Shown here: positions 1 to 10,866 of the stretch, one piece after another
Position numbering within the stretch: position 1 is the first letter of the stretch
How the letters are laid out: the number at the start of each line of letters is the position of its first letter
The notes under the pieces: generated by a model
Told to the model about the DNA's origin: nothing
The model's database searches: none
What the model saw: the letters and a program-made list of their open reading frames with translations, nothing else
Origin: a virus
DNA: 64,000 nt
Virus record (IMG/VR): IMGVR_UViG_3300042448_001704
Coordinates: 24,776-88,775 of that record
Direction: 5' to 3' (one strand)
Position numbers and translations under genes: made by a program

Positions 1-1
1 C

Positions 2-133
2 GCACGCTTAGGTGAATTGTTTGGTACTGACCCCATCAGAATCCTTGATGGTGATGATACGGAGTGGTTGATAAGAGTAGCGTGTGCTAAAGTTATTGGA
101 GATGATAGAGAGCGCGCTTCTAAGGAGAAGTAG
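2..133 (+). CDS. 3' end of probable tail assembly chaperone (partial)
   Basis: Open frame ARLGELFGTDPIRILD...KEK* directly upstream of the tape measure gene; positional inference. Confidence 0.55.
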   Translation, partial: ARLGELFGTDPIRILDGDDTEWLIRVACAKVIGDDRERASKEK

Positions 134-170
134 TTAAAACTCGTATTATATTTAATACTTCGGAGTGCAT

Positions 171-3100
171 ATGGCTGAGAATGTCACAATTAAAATTGAC
201 GTTGATGCCGATATTGCCAGTATCACCGCAGTACGCGCAGCTCTTAACGCAATGTGCAGTGAAGTTGATGACTGCACCAAAACGATGGATAAACATCGTA
301 AGAAGATGGATGAAGTTACATCCACTCACGACACTCTTGAAAAAGGCACAAACAAAAACAGCAAGGCGCTAAATAGTCATTCTGGTGCAACTAAGAATGC
401 GACTAAAAATCAGGATAGTTTTCTGAAAAAACTTTTTCATGTTAACGACGCAACCAAGACCCTTCTGGGCGGATTGCACAAACTCATAAAATTTGGCATT
501 AAACCAATGGCTATTGAAATGGCCGCTGCAGCGCTTGCTATTGGGGCGTCGGCACTATTGTTTAAGTCGGGCGCAGCGGTCGCTAAAGGGTATCAATTAG
601 CTCTATCAGGTGTTGCTTATGCAATAGTTGCGGCAACGGCTGCTTTTGCCACATTCTTAGCAGCTCAGAGAGAGTTTGCGTCAACTTCTTTTGCTCCAAT
701 GTTTGCTGATGGGGCAACAAATACAGCCAGTAGTGTTGAGGCTGCTTCTTCCGCAATGAAGATGTTTGTGGATGATGCTCAATTAGCAGTACTTGGATCA
801 AAGTCGCTTACCGCAGCCTTCTCAACCCTCTCCAAGCAGGGACCTGTCACTGGTAAAACAACCGCAGCTTTTAGAGCCTTAGCGGATGTTACAAGCGGTA
901 TGGGAGGGGACATAGGCAAGAACTCAGAAGAACTAGCAAAGTTTATGGCTGAGTACCAAAAGCGCGGAACATTTGGTTCCAAAGTTCAACAAGCCGGTAA
1001 AGCGCTTGGCCCAGAGTTCACGAAAATACTTAAAGAAGCAAACGCTCAGGGAATCAACACTTATGACAAGTTTGCTGAAGCTGCTGTTAACGGAACACTA
1101 GGAGATACTTTCAAAAAGTACTCTGGTCAACTTGGAAACATGAACAACACGCTTGTTGGTCAAGCAAAGGGTGCCTTGAGTGAAATCAAGGGAATGTTTG
1201 TTGAAATGGGTGAACCTCTTCTCGGGCCGGTCAAGCAAATTTTCCAACAAATGACGGGCGACATAAGAGTCTTGTTCATGCGCATCAATGCCGAAATGGG
1301 TGGCGTAGTAAATGGCGGAACGCTTCAGAAACTTGCCGATGGTTTTGGAAAAATAACCAATGCTATTGGAAGACTAATTGAGACACGTGTTCCTGACGCT
1401 ACGAATGCTCTTGGAAGATTGAGTGATGGTTGGAAAACCTTTAGTAACTTAGCCAGTAGAATAGTAGAATGGTTGCGTCCTTTGCAGGATGCTGCTTCTG
1501 GTATCTGGAAAGCTCTTTTACCCGCTTTGCGCGCTGTTGCTTCAAGCTTTGGTGGAACCGTTGATCAGATTGCCATGTTCTTTACTGACAAATCGTTTTT
1601 AGACAATTTAACAAAATTTTCTATGGCATTTGCCGAAGTTTATTTGGCACTTTCTGATATTGGAACACAAATAAAAGACGCCTTTGTTAAAGCTCTTCCA
1701 GTTATGACTATTGTTGCAAAAGTAGTTGCTGCAATTCTTACAGCAATGGGAGCGCTGCTTTCCCTAACAAACAAACTCCCTGGAGCTCTTGGTGGTATAG
1801 CAACATTAGGCGCTGCTTTTATCGGTATGAGGGCGCTCAAAATGGGCGGGGCACAAGTTAAAGGAAAAGTTGGTGGAGCACTCAATGCTGGCGCTTCAAA
1901 ACTAACTGGCGGTACAGGTGCCATGCCTGGCGTTGCTTCTTCCACGGGCACAATGAATGTCACGGCTGGTTCTGTGTATGTAAATGGAACAGGAGTCACT
2001 GGAGGCGCAGCGGGGACTGTTGCGAATACAGCAGCGACACGTGCAATAGGTGGTGCTGGTGCTGCTGGACGAATGAGTATGGGTCAGCGATTTGGTAACT
2101 ATAGATCAAGAGTTGGTGGTGAATTTCAAAGAATTAGAGGAGGAATAGGACAGATTGCTTCACCTAGCAATGGATTGAACCGACGTGCAAATTTTGGGAA
2201 CATGTTTTTTCCACCTACTACAACTCCAGGTCTTGGAGCCAGCGCAACAGGATCTTTAAATTATGGACAAAGAGCCGCTAATGCTTTTCAGGGTTCTCGC
2301 TATGGTGGAGCAAGCATAACTCAATCTTTAAAAAATTCCCGAAAAGCTGTAGGTAGACAGTTCGCAGCATCTGGCGGCATGGGCAATGTGGCAAGTAAGG
2401 TTGGCAATATTGCAGGAAACCCAATGGCGCTGATGATGGGCGGTCAAGCAATAAGCGGTCTTGATGTCGGTGGAAAACAAGGAAACGCTGTTACTGGTTC
2501 TGCTGGCAGTGCAATGCAGATGGCGGGTATGGCAAAAATGATGGGTGCTTCTGGTCCAGCTGCAGCGATACTTGCTGGTGGAACCGCTGCTTGGAAACTT
2601 GGTGGAGCGGTTTCTGCTGGAATGTTCGGAAACAGCGACAGCAATGTTGCAAAAGCCGGAGGAGGACTTGCTGGTGCAGCCACTGGTGCGGCAATTGGTG
2701 CAACTATCGGAAGTGCGGTTCCTGTTTTAGGAACAGCCCTTGGTGCGGCTCTCGGTGGTGCTATTGGTTTTGCGGCAGGAGTTTGGAACGCTGGAAAATA
2801 CAACAAGCAAGCACGTTCAGCAGCTAAAGAATTTATTGCTGGTTATGCAACACGCCTAGATGATGCCATGAGTGCTGGCGACCTTGAAGGTGTTCAGTCT
2901 GCTGTTGACAATGTTTACGCAGATGCCGCTGCTGCTGGCAAAGGAAACATTGATGTTTACAACAAGGAAATTGAAAAGCGCAAAAAAGAAATTGATGCAC
3001 TAAGCAAAGGCGCATCTAATTATTCTAAAAATGCTGGATTGTTTCAAATAGTATTTGGTGCCGACGCAAAAGAAATGGTAAAGATTGCGAACAAGGCCGG

Positions 3101-3962
3101 TGTTGGGATAGATGGTCTCAAAAAAGGCATTGTCGGAGTTATGGATGTTGCCAAAAAAGCGGGAATAAATCTTACGGAAAAAATGGCTCCCGGTTTAGCT
3201 AACATGAATGCCCAAATGCTTGACGCAAAAATGGCATTGTTTGACGCTCCTCTTCAAGCTCTTGACATGCAGAATCAATTTGACTCCATGCAGGACAAGA
3301 TTGCAAGCGGTGATACAAGCAAATCCACGATTATTCAGTTCTTAAAAACAGGATTTCAACGTGGTTACGCTTTAACTGGAAGTTCTTCAAAAGCAACAGT
3401 AATGCTGGAAGACACGATGAAGTCTCTTGCGGATGTAATGCCTGGACAGATTGACAAAATAATGGAAGTTGCGTCTGAGATTGGTGTTTTTGATTCAAAG
3501 AGAGAGTCGGAATCGTTTATAACATCCAAGGGTTCTACATATTCTTCAATATTTGGCGAAGCCATAAGGAATTCGGGCGTAGAGGGAGTTTCGGATACTC
3601 AAATTTTGACTCAAATAGGTAAAGTTATTGCGGAAGGTGGAGCGGGTGCTTCGGTTGCAATGGATGACCTTTTAAATAATGTTTTGTTAGGAAAATCATC
3701 AGGTAAAGATATTCTTGCTTTCCTTAACACTGGATATTTGAATACTCCTAATCCTGGTGCACAGGGGAATGATGTTCTTCCGAGTGGAAAAAGAGTTGCT
3801 CCCGTTGATCCAAGTTCGCTTTCTACACAGGTTGCATATGCACCAAATATTCAAATTAGTGGTGTTATTTCTGTTGATGATAAAGCAGCACAAAAGGTCA
3901 TTACTGATATTGTTGATGCGCAGTGGCTAAAAATAAAAAGACAAAATCAAGGTGCTAAATAA
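171..3962 (+). CDS. Tape measure protein
   Basis: About 1260 aa, Ala/Gly-rich and helical with hydrophobic glycine-zipper segments; precedes baseplate genes; GGAG before ATG 171. Confidence 0.85.
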   Translation: MAENVTIKIDVDADIASITAVRAALNAMCSEVDDCTKTMDKHRKKMDEVTSTHDTLEKGTNKNSKALNSHSGATKNATKNQDSFLKKLFHVNDATKTLLGGLHKLIKFGIKPMAIEMAAAALAIGASALLFKSGAAVAKGYQLALSGVAYAIVAATAAFATFLAAQREFASTSFAPMFADGATNTASSVEAASSAMKMFVDDAQLAVLGSKSLTAAFSTLSKQGPVTGKTTAAFRALADVTSGMGGDIGKNSEELAKFMAEYQKRGTFGSKVQQAGKALGPEFTKILKEANAQGINTYDKFAEAAVNGTLGDTFKKYSGQLGNMNNTLVGQAKGALSEIKGMFVEMGEPLLGPVKQIFQQMTGDIRVLFMRINAEMGGVVNGGTLQKLADGFGKITNAIGRLIETRVPDATNALGRLSDGWKTFSNLASRIVEWLRPLQDAASGIWKALLPALRAVASSFGGTVDQIAMFFTDKSFLDNLTKFSMAFAEVYLALSDIGTQIKDAFVKALPVMTIVAKVVAAILTAMGALLSLTNKLPGALGGIATLGAAFIGMRALKMGGAQVKGKVGGALNAGASKLTGGTGAMPGVASSTGTMNVTAGSVYVNGTGVTGGAAGTVANTAATRAIGGAGAAGRMSMGQRFGNYRSRVGGEFQRIRGGIGQIASPSNGLNRRANFGNMFFPPTTTPGLGASATGSLNYGQRAANAFQGSRYGGASITQSLKNSRKAVGRQFAASGGMGNVASKVGNIAGNPMALMMGGQAISGLDVGGKQGNAVTGSAGSAMQMAGMAKMMGASGPAAAILAGGTAAWKLGGAVSAGMFGNSDSNVAKAGGGLAGAATGAAIGATIGSAVPVLGTALGAALGGAIGFAAGVWNAGKYNKQARSAAKEFIAGYATRLDDAMSAGDLEGVQSAVDNVYADAAAAGKGNIDVYNKEIEKRKKEIDALSKGASNYSKNAGLFQIVFGADAKEMVKIANKAGVGIDGLKKGIVGVMDVAKKAGINLTEKMAPGLANMNAQMLDAKMALFDAPLQALDMQNQFDSMQDKIASGDTSKSTIIQFLKTGFQRGYALTGSSSKATVMLEDTMKSLADVMPGQIDKIMEVASEIGVFDSKRESESFITSKGSTYSSIFGEAIRNSGVEGVSDTQILTQIGKVIAEGGAGASVAMDDLLNNVLLGKSSGKDILAFLNTGYLNTPNPGAQGNDVLPSGKRVAPVDPSSLSTQVAYAPNIQISGVISVDDKAAQKVITDIVDAQWLKIKRQNQGAK

Positions 3963-4870
3963 TGCCTGACAATAAAACTATTATTAATAAAAGAAACAAT
4001 AAGGTAAGTGGAACATCTGTTTCAACAATCAGTATACCTTTGACTGGTGCCGCACTATTGGCGTTTAATGAGACTCAAGCGCAAATCAGAACCACCAAGA
4101 GCAGTCTAGTTAGTAGTAACTCTTTTACAAGTACTTATAATATGAACATAGATCCATATATGAGGTTGCTAAAAAATGTTGAAACTGATGAGTTTTACGA
4201 TTTTTATTTTCCTTTTTCCCCTGGTGAAATATCATACGAACAACTTTCTAATGAAATAGTTGAAGTCCCCAGAGCCGGCAGAACACCGTTGGTTATGTAT
4301 AAGTCACAAAAGTTAATGAAACTTAGTTTTGAGTTTATGCTTGCGGTTCCTTTTGACGGTATGGTTGAATCAGTTAGTGATTCAATAGAACTGTTAAGGA
4401 AAATGGCTACGGACACAACCCGAAGTGTTCAATTTTTTAATTTTGACGATATGCTTACTAAGTCGTTGTTTTTATCTAAAGCACCTGTTACTTCTTTTTC
4501 AATAGTAGAAAGAACGAATAGGTTTTTTATTGCAGATCTTACAATTAGTAGTATTAGGAGAAATGCTGACAATCAGGTTACGAACGCAAATGTAAGCATT
4601 TCTTTTATTGAAAACAGAAACCCAGATATAACAATTGTTGATATTCCAAAATTTAGAAAAGATCCTGTTCTTACTTGTCCTCAAAAATGCAAAAAGAATA
4701 ATAAACCAGGCGCAAAAAGAACGGCATGTATAGCAAAATGCTCTAAACCCCAACAAAAGCCATGCACTCTTCCAAAAGTGAGTTGCATGATGGATTCGTC
4801 AGGTAGAAATCGTAAGTATATTAAAGGGAAAATCACCACCGAACCATGCCCAGTGTGTAAGAGTAAATAA
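3962..4870 (+). CDS. Tail tube initiator/baseplate hub-associated protein with Cys/Lys-rich C-terminus
   Basis: Follows the tape measure gene; FPFSPGEISY...EVPRAGRTPL pattern typical of gpU/tube-initiator-like proteins. Confidence 0.55.
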   Translation: MPDNKTIINKRNNKVSGTSVSTISIPLTGAALLAFNETQAQIRTTKSSLVSSNSFTSTYNMNIDPYMRLLKNVETDEFYDFYFPFSPGEISYEQLSNEIVEVPRAGRTPLVMYKSQKLMKLSFEFMLAVPFDGMVESVSDSIELLRKMATDTTRSVQFFNFDDMLTKSLFLSKAPVTSFSIVERTNRFFIADLTISSIRRNADNQVTNANVSISFIENRNPDITIVDIPKFRKDPVLTCPQKCKKNNKPGAKRTACIAKCSKPQQKPCTLPKVSCMMDSSGRNRKYIKGKITTEPCPVCKSK

Positions 4871-4872
4871 AA

Positions 4873-5832
4873 ATGCTTCATATAAGTGATTTACATATAA
4901 AAAAACCAAACGGCAAAGCTGATTTTAATGAATCAATAACATCAATGACGGTTAACTGGACAATGGACGGAGCTTCGCGTTTGGAAGTTGATGTTGTTGA
5001 TAAAGGTTTCAAAATGCTTAGAAATGATTATTTTGAGCTTGACACCGTATACGAATGGGGCACGCGTGATTTTTTGCTGTCAACAATCAGTGTTCGTCAA
5101 GGAGATGGTGATTTTGCTGTGATTTCTCTTGAATTGTTTGAATCAAAATGTCAACAACTTAAAAACAATAAAAATCCTGGATCTTTCAAAGCGTTAAACG
5201 GTTTTCAGTATGCGGCAAATGTCGCCGCAAAAATGAAACTTGAATTTGTAGGAGAGAGAGTCAAGGGAGATCAACAAGCGATTCAGGTTAAAGCGAAAAA
5301 CAATAGGGAGAGCGTGTGGCAAGTGCTTCAACGTACCGCTCAAGAAAACCAGTATGTGTGTTTTATAGCTAATAACACATTGTTTTTTGCATCCCCTATG
5401 TATCTTTTAGGAAGGTGGGGGGTTGATTCTAAAAACTATCAACCAAAAGGGGAGTCGTCTGCCCGTAAATTTAGTTATGTTCCACTTGAATGGCCGACCC
5501 CAGAAAAAGAAAAAAGATTTTTATTGATGCAAATGCCAAAACTGCAAATAGCTAAAGATATGCCCACGAGTGGTTCTGGTTCTGCTTTAGTCTGGAGAGA
5601 TAATGGATATAAACTTAGGGCTGGAATGACATGTATCATTCGTGGCATTAGTCCCCAATTTAATAAGCCCTATTTGATAACTTCGGTTGAGTACAAAGTT
5701 GACGAACCAGAACCTGTGGCTATTGAATTTGCTACTGTTGATAAAATTTCTAATCCAGACACGAGAAACCTTGATGAAGTAGAAGATGACCCACCAACGA
5801 ATGAAGTTATTATTGGAACCGAAGGTGATTAA
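4873..5832 (+). CDS. Baseplate hub protein (gpD/Mu gp44-like)
   Basis: ESVWQVLQRTAQENQYVCFIANNTLFF and YLITSVEY motifs; position. Confidence 0.65.
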   Translation: MLHISDLHIKKPNGKADFNESITSMTVNWTMDGASRLEVDVVDKGFKMLRNDYFELDTVYEWGTRDFLLSTISVRQGDGDFAVISLELFESKCQQLKNNKNPGSFKALNGFQYAANVAAKMKLEFVGERVKGDQQAIQVKAKNNRESVWQVLQRTAQENQYVCFIANNTLFFASPMYLLGRWGVDSKNYQPKGESSARKFSYVPLEWPTPEKEKRFLLMQMPKLQIAKDMPTSGSGSALVWRDNGYKLRAGMTCIIRGISPQFNKPYLITSVEYKVDEPEPVAIEFATVDKISNPDTRNLDEVEDDPPTNEVIIGTEGD

Positions 5833-5834
5833 TA

Positions 5835-6122
5835 ATGTTTAAATCTGATCCTTTTCGTAATATACAAGCACCTGAGAGTCCTGCGGTTCTTAAAGAACCT
5901 GGCATATATGTTGGGGTTGTAAAAACAGTTGATGCGACAACTAGAACGGTGACTGTAATTGTTCCTGCGGTAGCGGATCAGAATACTGCCCTTGGCCCAG
6001 CAAGAGTGATGGCACCAATAGCTAGTGGGACACCGGCAATGCCAACTATTGGAATGAAAGTTGTTGTGGCTTTTTTAAATAACTCATACGATACTCTTGT
6101 TGTGTTGGGCAAATATGTTTGA
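5835..6122 (+). CDS. Baseplate spike OB-fold protein (gpV/gp5 N-terminal-like)
   Basis: YVGVV...PTIGMKVVVAF...VVLG pattern. Confidence 0.65.
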   Translation: MFKSDPFRNIQAPESPAVLKEPGIYVGVVKTVDATTRTVTVIVPAVADQNTALGPARVMAPIASGTPAMPTIGMKVVVAFLNNSYDTLVVLGKYV

Positions 6123-6139
6123 TATGAGAGAATAGATAA

Positions 6140-6436
6140 ATGGACACAATTAGAACCCCGCTTTCTTTCAATAGCGACGGAACAACAAAACATTATGTCG
6201 TTGGAACTGACGACTATTATGCGCATCTAATAAGACAGATAACTCTCATACAGCCTGGGGAGTTGCCTCTGACTGTTAACTATGGAGTTGATGACCCTTC
6301 ATTTGCTGAAATCAAGACGGCTACCATTAGGGAAAAAATACATAAATATGTGGATAATGTTAATATAACGAAGGTTGCTGTTCAGCAATCCGATTCAGGT
6401 AATGTTAATCTATTGATTAGCTTTGAGGTAGTTTAA
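6140..6436 (+). CDS. Baseplate wedge/sheath initiator (gp25/gpW-like)
   Basis: 98 aa with PGELPL...YG motif, between spike and baseplate J. Confidence 0.7.
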   Translation: MDTIRTPLSFNSDGTTKHYVVGTDDYYAHLIRQITLIQPGELPLTVNYGVDDPSFAEIKTATIREKIHKYVDNVNITKVAVQQSDSGNVNLLISFEVV

Positions 6437-6437
6437 A

Positions 6438-7610
6438 ATGTCGTCACCAGATTTTTCTCAATATGTTGATTTAACTCTTTACGATGTTGAACCGCAAGAT
6501 GTATATAGTGCTGCTTTAACATACGCACAAACAGCACTTCCTGAATTTATTCCCGTAATTGGAACAGTAGAAGACGCAGTACTTCAGGCAACAAGTTATA
6601 TGACATACATTCTTGCCGCCGGAATCAACAGAGTGCCCAACGGACTGATGGAAGGCATTATTAAATTAATGGGCTTCTCTAGACGTGAAGCAACATTTGC
6701 TACTGGTTCAGCATTGTTTACACTTAGCGTTAACACTGGAACAACAATTCCAGAAGGCACAATCATTGCCTACACCACGACGATTGACAACGAAGTTGTT
6801 GCCTACTCTTTTGCAACCACGACAGACACGATTGTTCCATCTGGCAGTGACACGGTAAGCATTGCTATTGAAGCAACAGAAGAAGGACAATATCCCACTC
6901 TTTTAGATACGCAACAAATGATTTTAATTTCTTCCGTGCCGACCATCTTGGAAGTTTCCCTTGATGCCGACATCGTAAACGGTATCAATTCTGAAACAGA
7001 TGCTCAATATTTTGACAGAGCAGCACAGTTTCTTTCTTCAACAAATACTTCACTAGCAACAAAAAGACAATTAGTTAACTACATTGCTGCAAACTATCCT
7101 ACTGTCAACATTTCCGCCGTTTACGATACTACTAACTCTGCTGGCAATCTTTTGTTTGCAACCGCTGCGGCACCTGGATATGTAACCATTGCTGTTGCTC
7201 AAAGTGATGGCACAGCACTGGGTTCAACCATCAAAAACGCACTTCAGGCAGATGTAGCAGGAAAAGCAATAGCTGGCTTAACTGTCGGAGTGATTGACCT
7301 CTCTTCGTTTTCATGCTCAATAGCAGTTTCAATTGCTGTTGTTTCTGGATATACGCCCGCAACTGTTCAAGCAAGCGTTGCTGACGCTGTTGAGTCATAC
7401 ATTTCTCCCTTGGGGTGGGATCAGGAACAAACAATTAACCCCAACAAAATTGTTGCCTTAATTGCTGTTCTCCCAGGAGTTGGATATGTTTCCAGTGTTA
7501 CCTTAACAATTCCTACATCTCCAGCAAACGTGACACTAGCTTCAAATGTAATAACCATTGCAAAAAAAGCATATTTTCCGGTAGGAATTGCCACCGTAAC
7601 GGTGATTTAA
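6438..7610 (+). CDS. Baseplate J-like wedge protein
   Basis: GFSRREATFATG, IPEGT, G-x-x-x-ETD and LPGVGYV motifs; 390 aa. Confidence 0.85.
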   Translation: MSSPDFSQYVDLTLYDVEPQDVYSAALTYAQTALPEFIPVIGTVEDAVLQATSYMTYILAAGINRVPNGLMEGIIKLMGFSRREATFATGSALFTLSVNTGTTIPEGTIIAYTTTIDNEVVAYSFATTTDTIVPSGSDTVSIAIEATEEGQYPTLLDTQQMILISSVPTILEVSLDADIVNGINSETDAQYFDRAAQFLSSTNTSLATKRQLVNYIAANYPTVNISAVYDTTNSAGNLLFATAAAPGYVTIAVAQSDGTALGSTIKNALQADVAGKAIAGLTVGVIDLSSFSCSIAVSIAVVSGYTPATVQASVADAVESYISPLGWDQEQTINPNKIVALIAVLPGVGYVSSVTLTIPTSPANVTLASNVITIAKKAYFPVGIATVTVI

Positions 7611-7611
7611 A

Positions 7612-8868
7612 ATGGGTTTCACTACCACTTTAATGAACACTGGGAGCAGTGTATTCACTTCTTCAGTTGTGCCACCATCTTTTAGATGGTCTTTTACTAA
7701 TGCAACTTCAACAATAGATTTGAATGAATACAAAACAGCCGGATACGGTTCAATCTTTGTAGAAGCAGTTTCTTCCAGCACTTACACCTGCACGTACAAC
7801 AAAGCGTTTACGACTGGTTGGACAACAACAAGCCTCACTACTGATGGTGTGCGCGGATCAAAAATTGATTTTTTTTGTTTCATAAAAACATCAGAAACAA
7901 TATCTATTTCGGCACAAGTTAACCTTCATCAAATTACTTCTGGAGGCAGTGAAGTCAACCTGATTTCAGGAGAAGTATTTAATACTAGTATTTTATCGGG
8001 TGACTGGACATTAGTCAGGGCAACAAGCGGTCTTGTTCCTGAAGACACGAACACGTACTCAATAGAAGTGGTTCTTTCAGTAACGGCCACAACTACCAAT
8101 AGTGATATTTATATTCACAGACCTGTAATTTATAACAGATATGCATTTCTTGAAAACAATGCGATGGTAGAAACGCTAGATAATGTTCCAACAGTTTTTC
8201 ATGAAGACGATTCACAGTATAACGATTCTTTATTATCGCACCCATTTTATAGACTCATGGACATATTGACAGCCTCAATGGATGACATACTTTCGTTAAT
8301 AACAACAATACAATACAACGATATTTCAGATGGTTACGATGTTGCTATTCCTGAAACAAAAAGTATTTTAATTGATGCAGATGTGGTGGCTCGTGGTTAT
8401 ACGGATTGGTTAGCGCAATTTGTTGGAGTAAAACTACAAAACCCCTCTGGTATAGCAACCCCTTGGGAGAACTTGCCAGGAACATGGAATGGTATTGACT
8501 TAATTGACACGGTTGATTCGGCTGGTGACTCTGTTCAATGGAAACTTCTTGAAGCGTACAATCCTGAACCTTCTAACCTTTTAGAATTTCTACGTTGGCA
8601 AATAAAATATGCATATACGGGAATTAATGCAGGTTCAAGAAACTCTGTTATTAATGCCGCAAAATGGATGTGCACGGGGACTAAGCAAGTCAATTTGACC
8701 TGCGATGTTGCAACGACTCCATTTGTTCTTGCGGTTACAACAAAATTGTCTGAATTTTCAATTCCAGATACCGACTATGTTGTCGGTGACGACTCTCAAG
8801 AGATAATAGACATTTTAAATGAAGTTAAGCCTTTGGGCTACACAATTACCCATAGTTTTATTTCATAG
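7612..8868 (+). CDS. Baseplate wedge protein (gpI-like C-terminal half)
   Basis: DWLAQFVGV and C-terminal KPLG motif, follows baseplate J. Confidence 0.65.
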   Translation: MGFTTTLMNTGSSVFTSSVVPPSFRWSFTNATSTIDLNEYKTAGYGSIFVEAVSSSTYTCTYNKAFTTGWTTTSLTTDGVRGSKIDFFCFIKTSETISISAQVNLHQITSGGSEVNLISGEVFNTSILSGDWTLVRATSGLVPEDTNTYSIEVVLSVTATTTNSDIYIHRPVIYNRYAFLENNAMVETLDNVPTVFHEDDSQYNDSLLSHPFYRLMDILTASMDDILSLITTIQYNDISDGYDVAIPETKSILIDADVVARGYTDWLAQFVGVKLQNPSGIATPWENLPGTWNGIDLIDTVDSAGDSVQWKLLEAYNPEPSNLLEFLRWQIKYAYTGINAGSRNSVINAAKWMCTGTKQVNLTCDVATTPFVLAVTTKLSEFSIPDTDYVVGDDSQEIIDILNEVKPLGYTITHSFIS

Positions 8869-8897
8869 TTGTATACTAGGTAGGTTCAGGAGAATAT

Positions 8898-10046
8898 ATG
8901 GCAGCGACACAAAGCAACTCACCTCGGTTTAGTTTATACACATGGGGATCAAGCTCTGACGACTTCACTCGTGAACAAATGACTTTATCGCATGAAAATG
9001 TTGAATCATACGGTGCGTTATTCTTAACGGGAGCTGGTGCCCCGAGCACTGCAAACAACACAACAGAGCGATCCATATTCTGGGACTCAACCAACTCTCA
9101 TCTTTATTTTCGTGGAACAAGTGGAACGGCGTGGACGAGAATACCTTTCTCTTTCGGTACAGGAATAGTTCAAATAACAGCCGGAGCAACCCTTAGTGGT
9201 GGTTCTGGATTTGACCTAGCACGAGCCAACCATGTTCATAGTGTTTCTACAGCCGCGGCTTCAAGTCTCGGTTCGGCAAACGCAGAGGGTTCATCTTCTT
9301 CTCTTGCTAGAGCTGACCATGTTCATACAATTGCGGCCGGCCACATTGTTGACGCAATGGTTTCTGCAACTGCGGCTATTGCTGGTTCAAAAATATCTGG
9401 TGCGGTTCCTACTGCAAGTGCTTGGGCGACAGGAAGAACCATCACCCTTGCGGGGGATTTAACTGGCTCTGTTACTCTTGACGGAAGCGCAAACGTCACG
9501 CTTACAGCAGTTGTCGTTGATGAAAGCCATGCTCACGCAGCTCAATATCAGCCTGTTGACGCCGACCTGACGGCACTTGCAGCACTCTCCACTACGGGAA
9601 TTGTTGCCCGAACAGCATCTAATACTTATGTTCCACGAAGCATTGCAACTTCTGGAACTGGCATAAGTATTTCTAACGGTGATCTTGTTTCTGGCAATGC
9701 AACAATCACCCTCAACAGCGATACTACGGCAACCATAAATACAATCGTTTTACGAGATTCGGCTGGTCGGTTCCGTGCGGTAGATCCATCACATGTGTCA
9801 GATGTGGCTACAAAAAACTACACCGACACAGCAGACGCCCTCAAAGCCAACTCAGCAGATGTTTACACAAAAACAGCAGTAAACAACGCAAAACTTTACC
9901 AGTATGGAAACACCACAAGCGGACAAGGCGTAGGACTTCCAACAGACGCCGCTCGCGTCACGCCACGCATATATGTCCAAGCAACCGAGCCAACATACCC
10001 ATCGGGTCAGGTTGCGGTAACTGGCGACATTTGGTTTGAAATCTAA
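8898..10046 (+). CDS. Tail fibre protein
   Basis: ARADHVH repeats, RTITLAGDLTGSVTLDGS, C-terminal GDIW. Confidence 0.75.
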   Translation: MAATQSNSPRFSLYTWGSSSDDFTREQMTLSHENVESYGALFLTGAGAPSTANNTTERSIFWDSTNSHLYFRGTSGTAWTRIPFSFGTGIVQITAGATLSGGSGFDLARANHVHSVSTAAASSLGSANAEGSSSSLARADHVHTIAAGHIVDAMVSATAAIAGSKISGAVPTASAWATGRTITLAGDLTGSVTLDGSANVTLTAVVVDESHAHAAQYQPVDADLTALAALSTTGIVARTASNTYVPRSIATSGTGISISNGDLVSGNATITLNSDTTATINTIVLRDSAGRFRAVDPSHVSDVATKNYTDTADALKANSADVYTKTAVNNAKLYQYGNTTSGQGVGLPTDAARVTPRIYVQATEPTYPSGQVAVTGDIWFEI

Positions 10047-10228
10047 TGCCCGCCTGCCGCGTTTTCATTGATAATGAATGGAAACTAGTTAAGAATTTCT
10101 ATATTAATAAAGATGGTTTTGGATTTGTTCCTCTTGAGTCAATTAAAGTTATGTCTGATACTGGATGGGTTATTGTCCAGTCAGAAGGATGGACAACGCT
10201 TCTGTCTAGCGAACTTGTTGGCATCTAA
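10046..10228 (+). CDS. Small fibre-associated hypothetical protein
   Basis: Translationally coupled (TAATG) in the tail operon. Confidence 0.55.
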   Translation: MPACRVFIDNEWKLVKNFYINKDGFGFVPLESIKVMSDTGWVIVQSEGWTTLLSSELVGI

Positions 10229-10575
10229 TGGGAGACACCGCAAACACTATTTTTACGATTGTTGGGTTAATTACCGCAACCATTTCGGCGTTTGTAGTTT
10301 TGAGAGGTCAAAATCTTAATTTCAGAACATCCCTACATGGGAACAGTAATCAGGAAATGAAAACAATTTTTGACGCTTATTCTTTAGTTGTTGAAGAATT
10401 AAGAAGTGAAGTTGAAAGACTTAATGTGGTTGTTTTAGAAAACCAGGAAGCATTATTTGAACAGGGCGAAGAAGTCATTAGATGCGAACAAAGAAATAAT
10501 GAACTTATAGATTTGATTAATGTATTACAGGACAGAATAAGCGTACTGGAGGCCACCAATGGCGGACAACAATGA
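10228..10575 (+). CDS. N-terminal TM plus coiled-coil protein
   Basis: One hydrophobic helix followed by a heptad-rich region. Confidence 0.6.
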   Translation: MGDTANTIFTIVGLITATISAFVVLRGQNLNFRTSLHGNSNQEMKTIFDAYSLVVEELRSEVERLNVVVLENQEALFEQGEEVIRCEQRNNELIDLINVLQDRISVLEATNGGQQ

Positions 10576-10801
10576 GGAAACTGTTCTTAAAACATTTCTA
10601 GATCTTATGAAAAATTCAATGCCCGATTCTTTAATCTCTAACTATGTGGTTATTGCTGAGGTTGTTGGCAATGAAGCAAATCAACTTTCTATCCTTACAA
10701 GCCCTGGTATGACGCCGTGGTTAGCGCAGGGGATGTTGCAATCTTCCATAGACATGATTATGTCTGGGCAAGAAACATATTTTGAAGACGAAGACGAATA
10801 G
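10559..10801 (+). CDS. Hypothetical protein
   Basis: GGAGG RBS; MTPWLAQGML motif. Confidence 0.6.
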   Translation: MADNNEETVLKTFLDLMKNSMPDSLISNYVVIAEVVGNEANQLSILTSPGMTPWLAQGMLQSSIDMIMSGQETYFEDEDE

Positions 10802-10866
10802 CACATTTACTTACCCTGATACGCTATTTCATAGTCTAAAATTAGCATCAGGTAACCGGAGGAACC

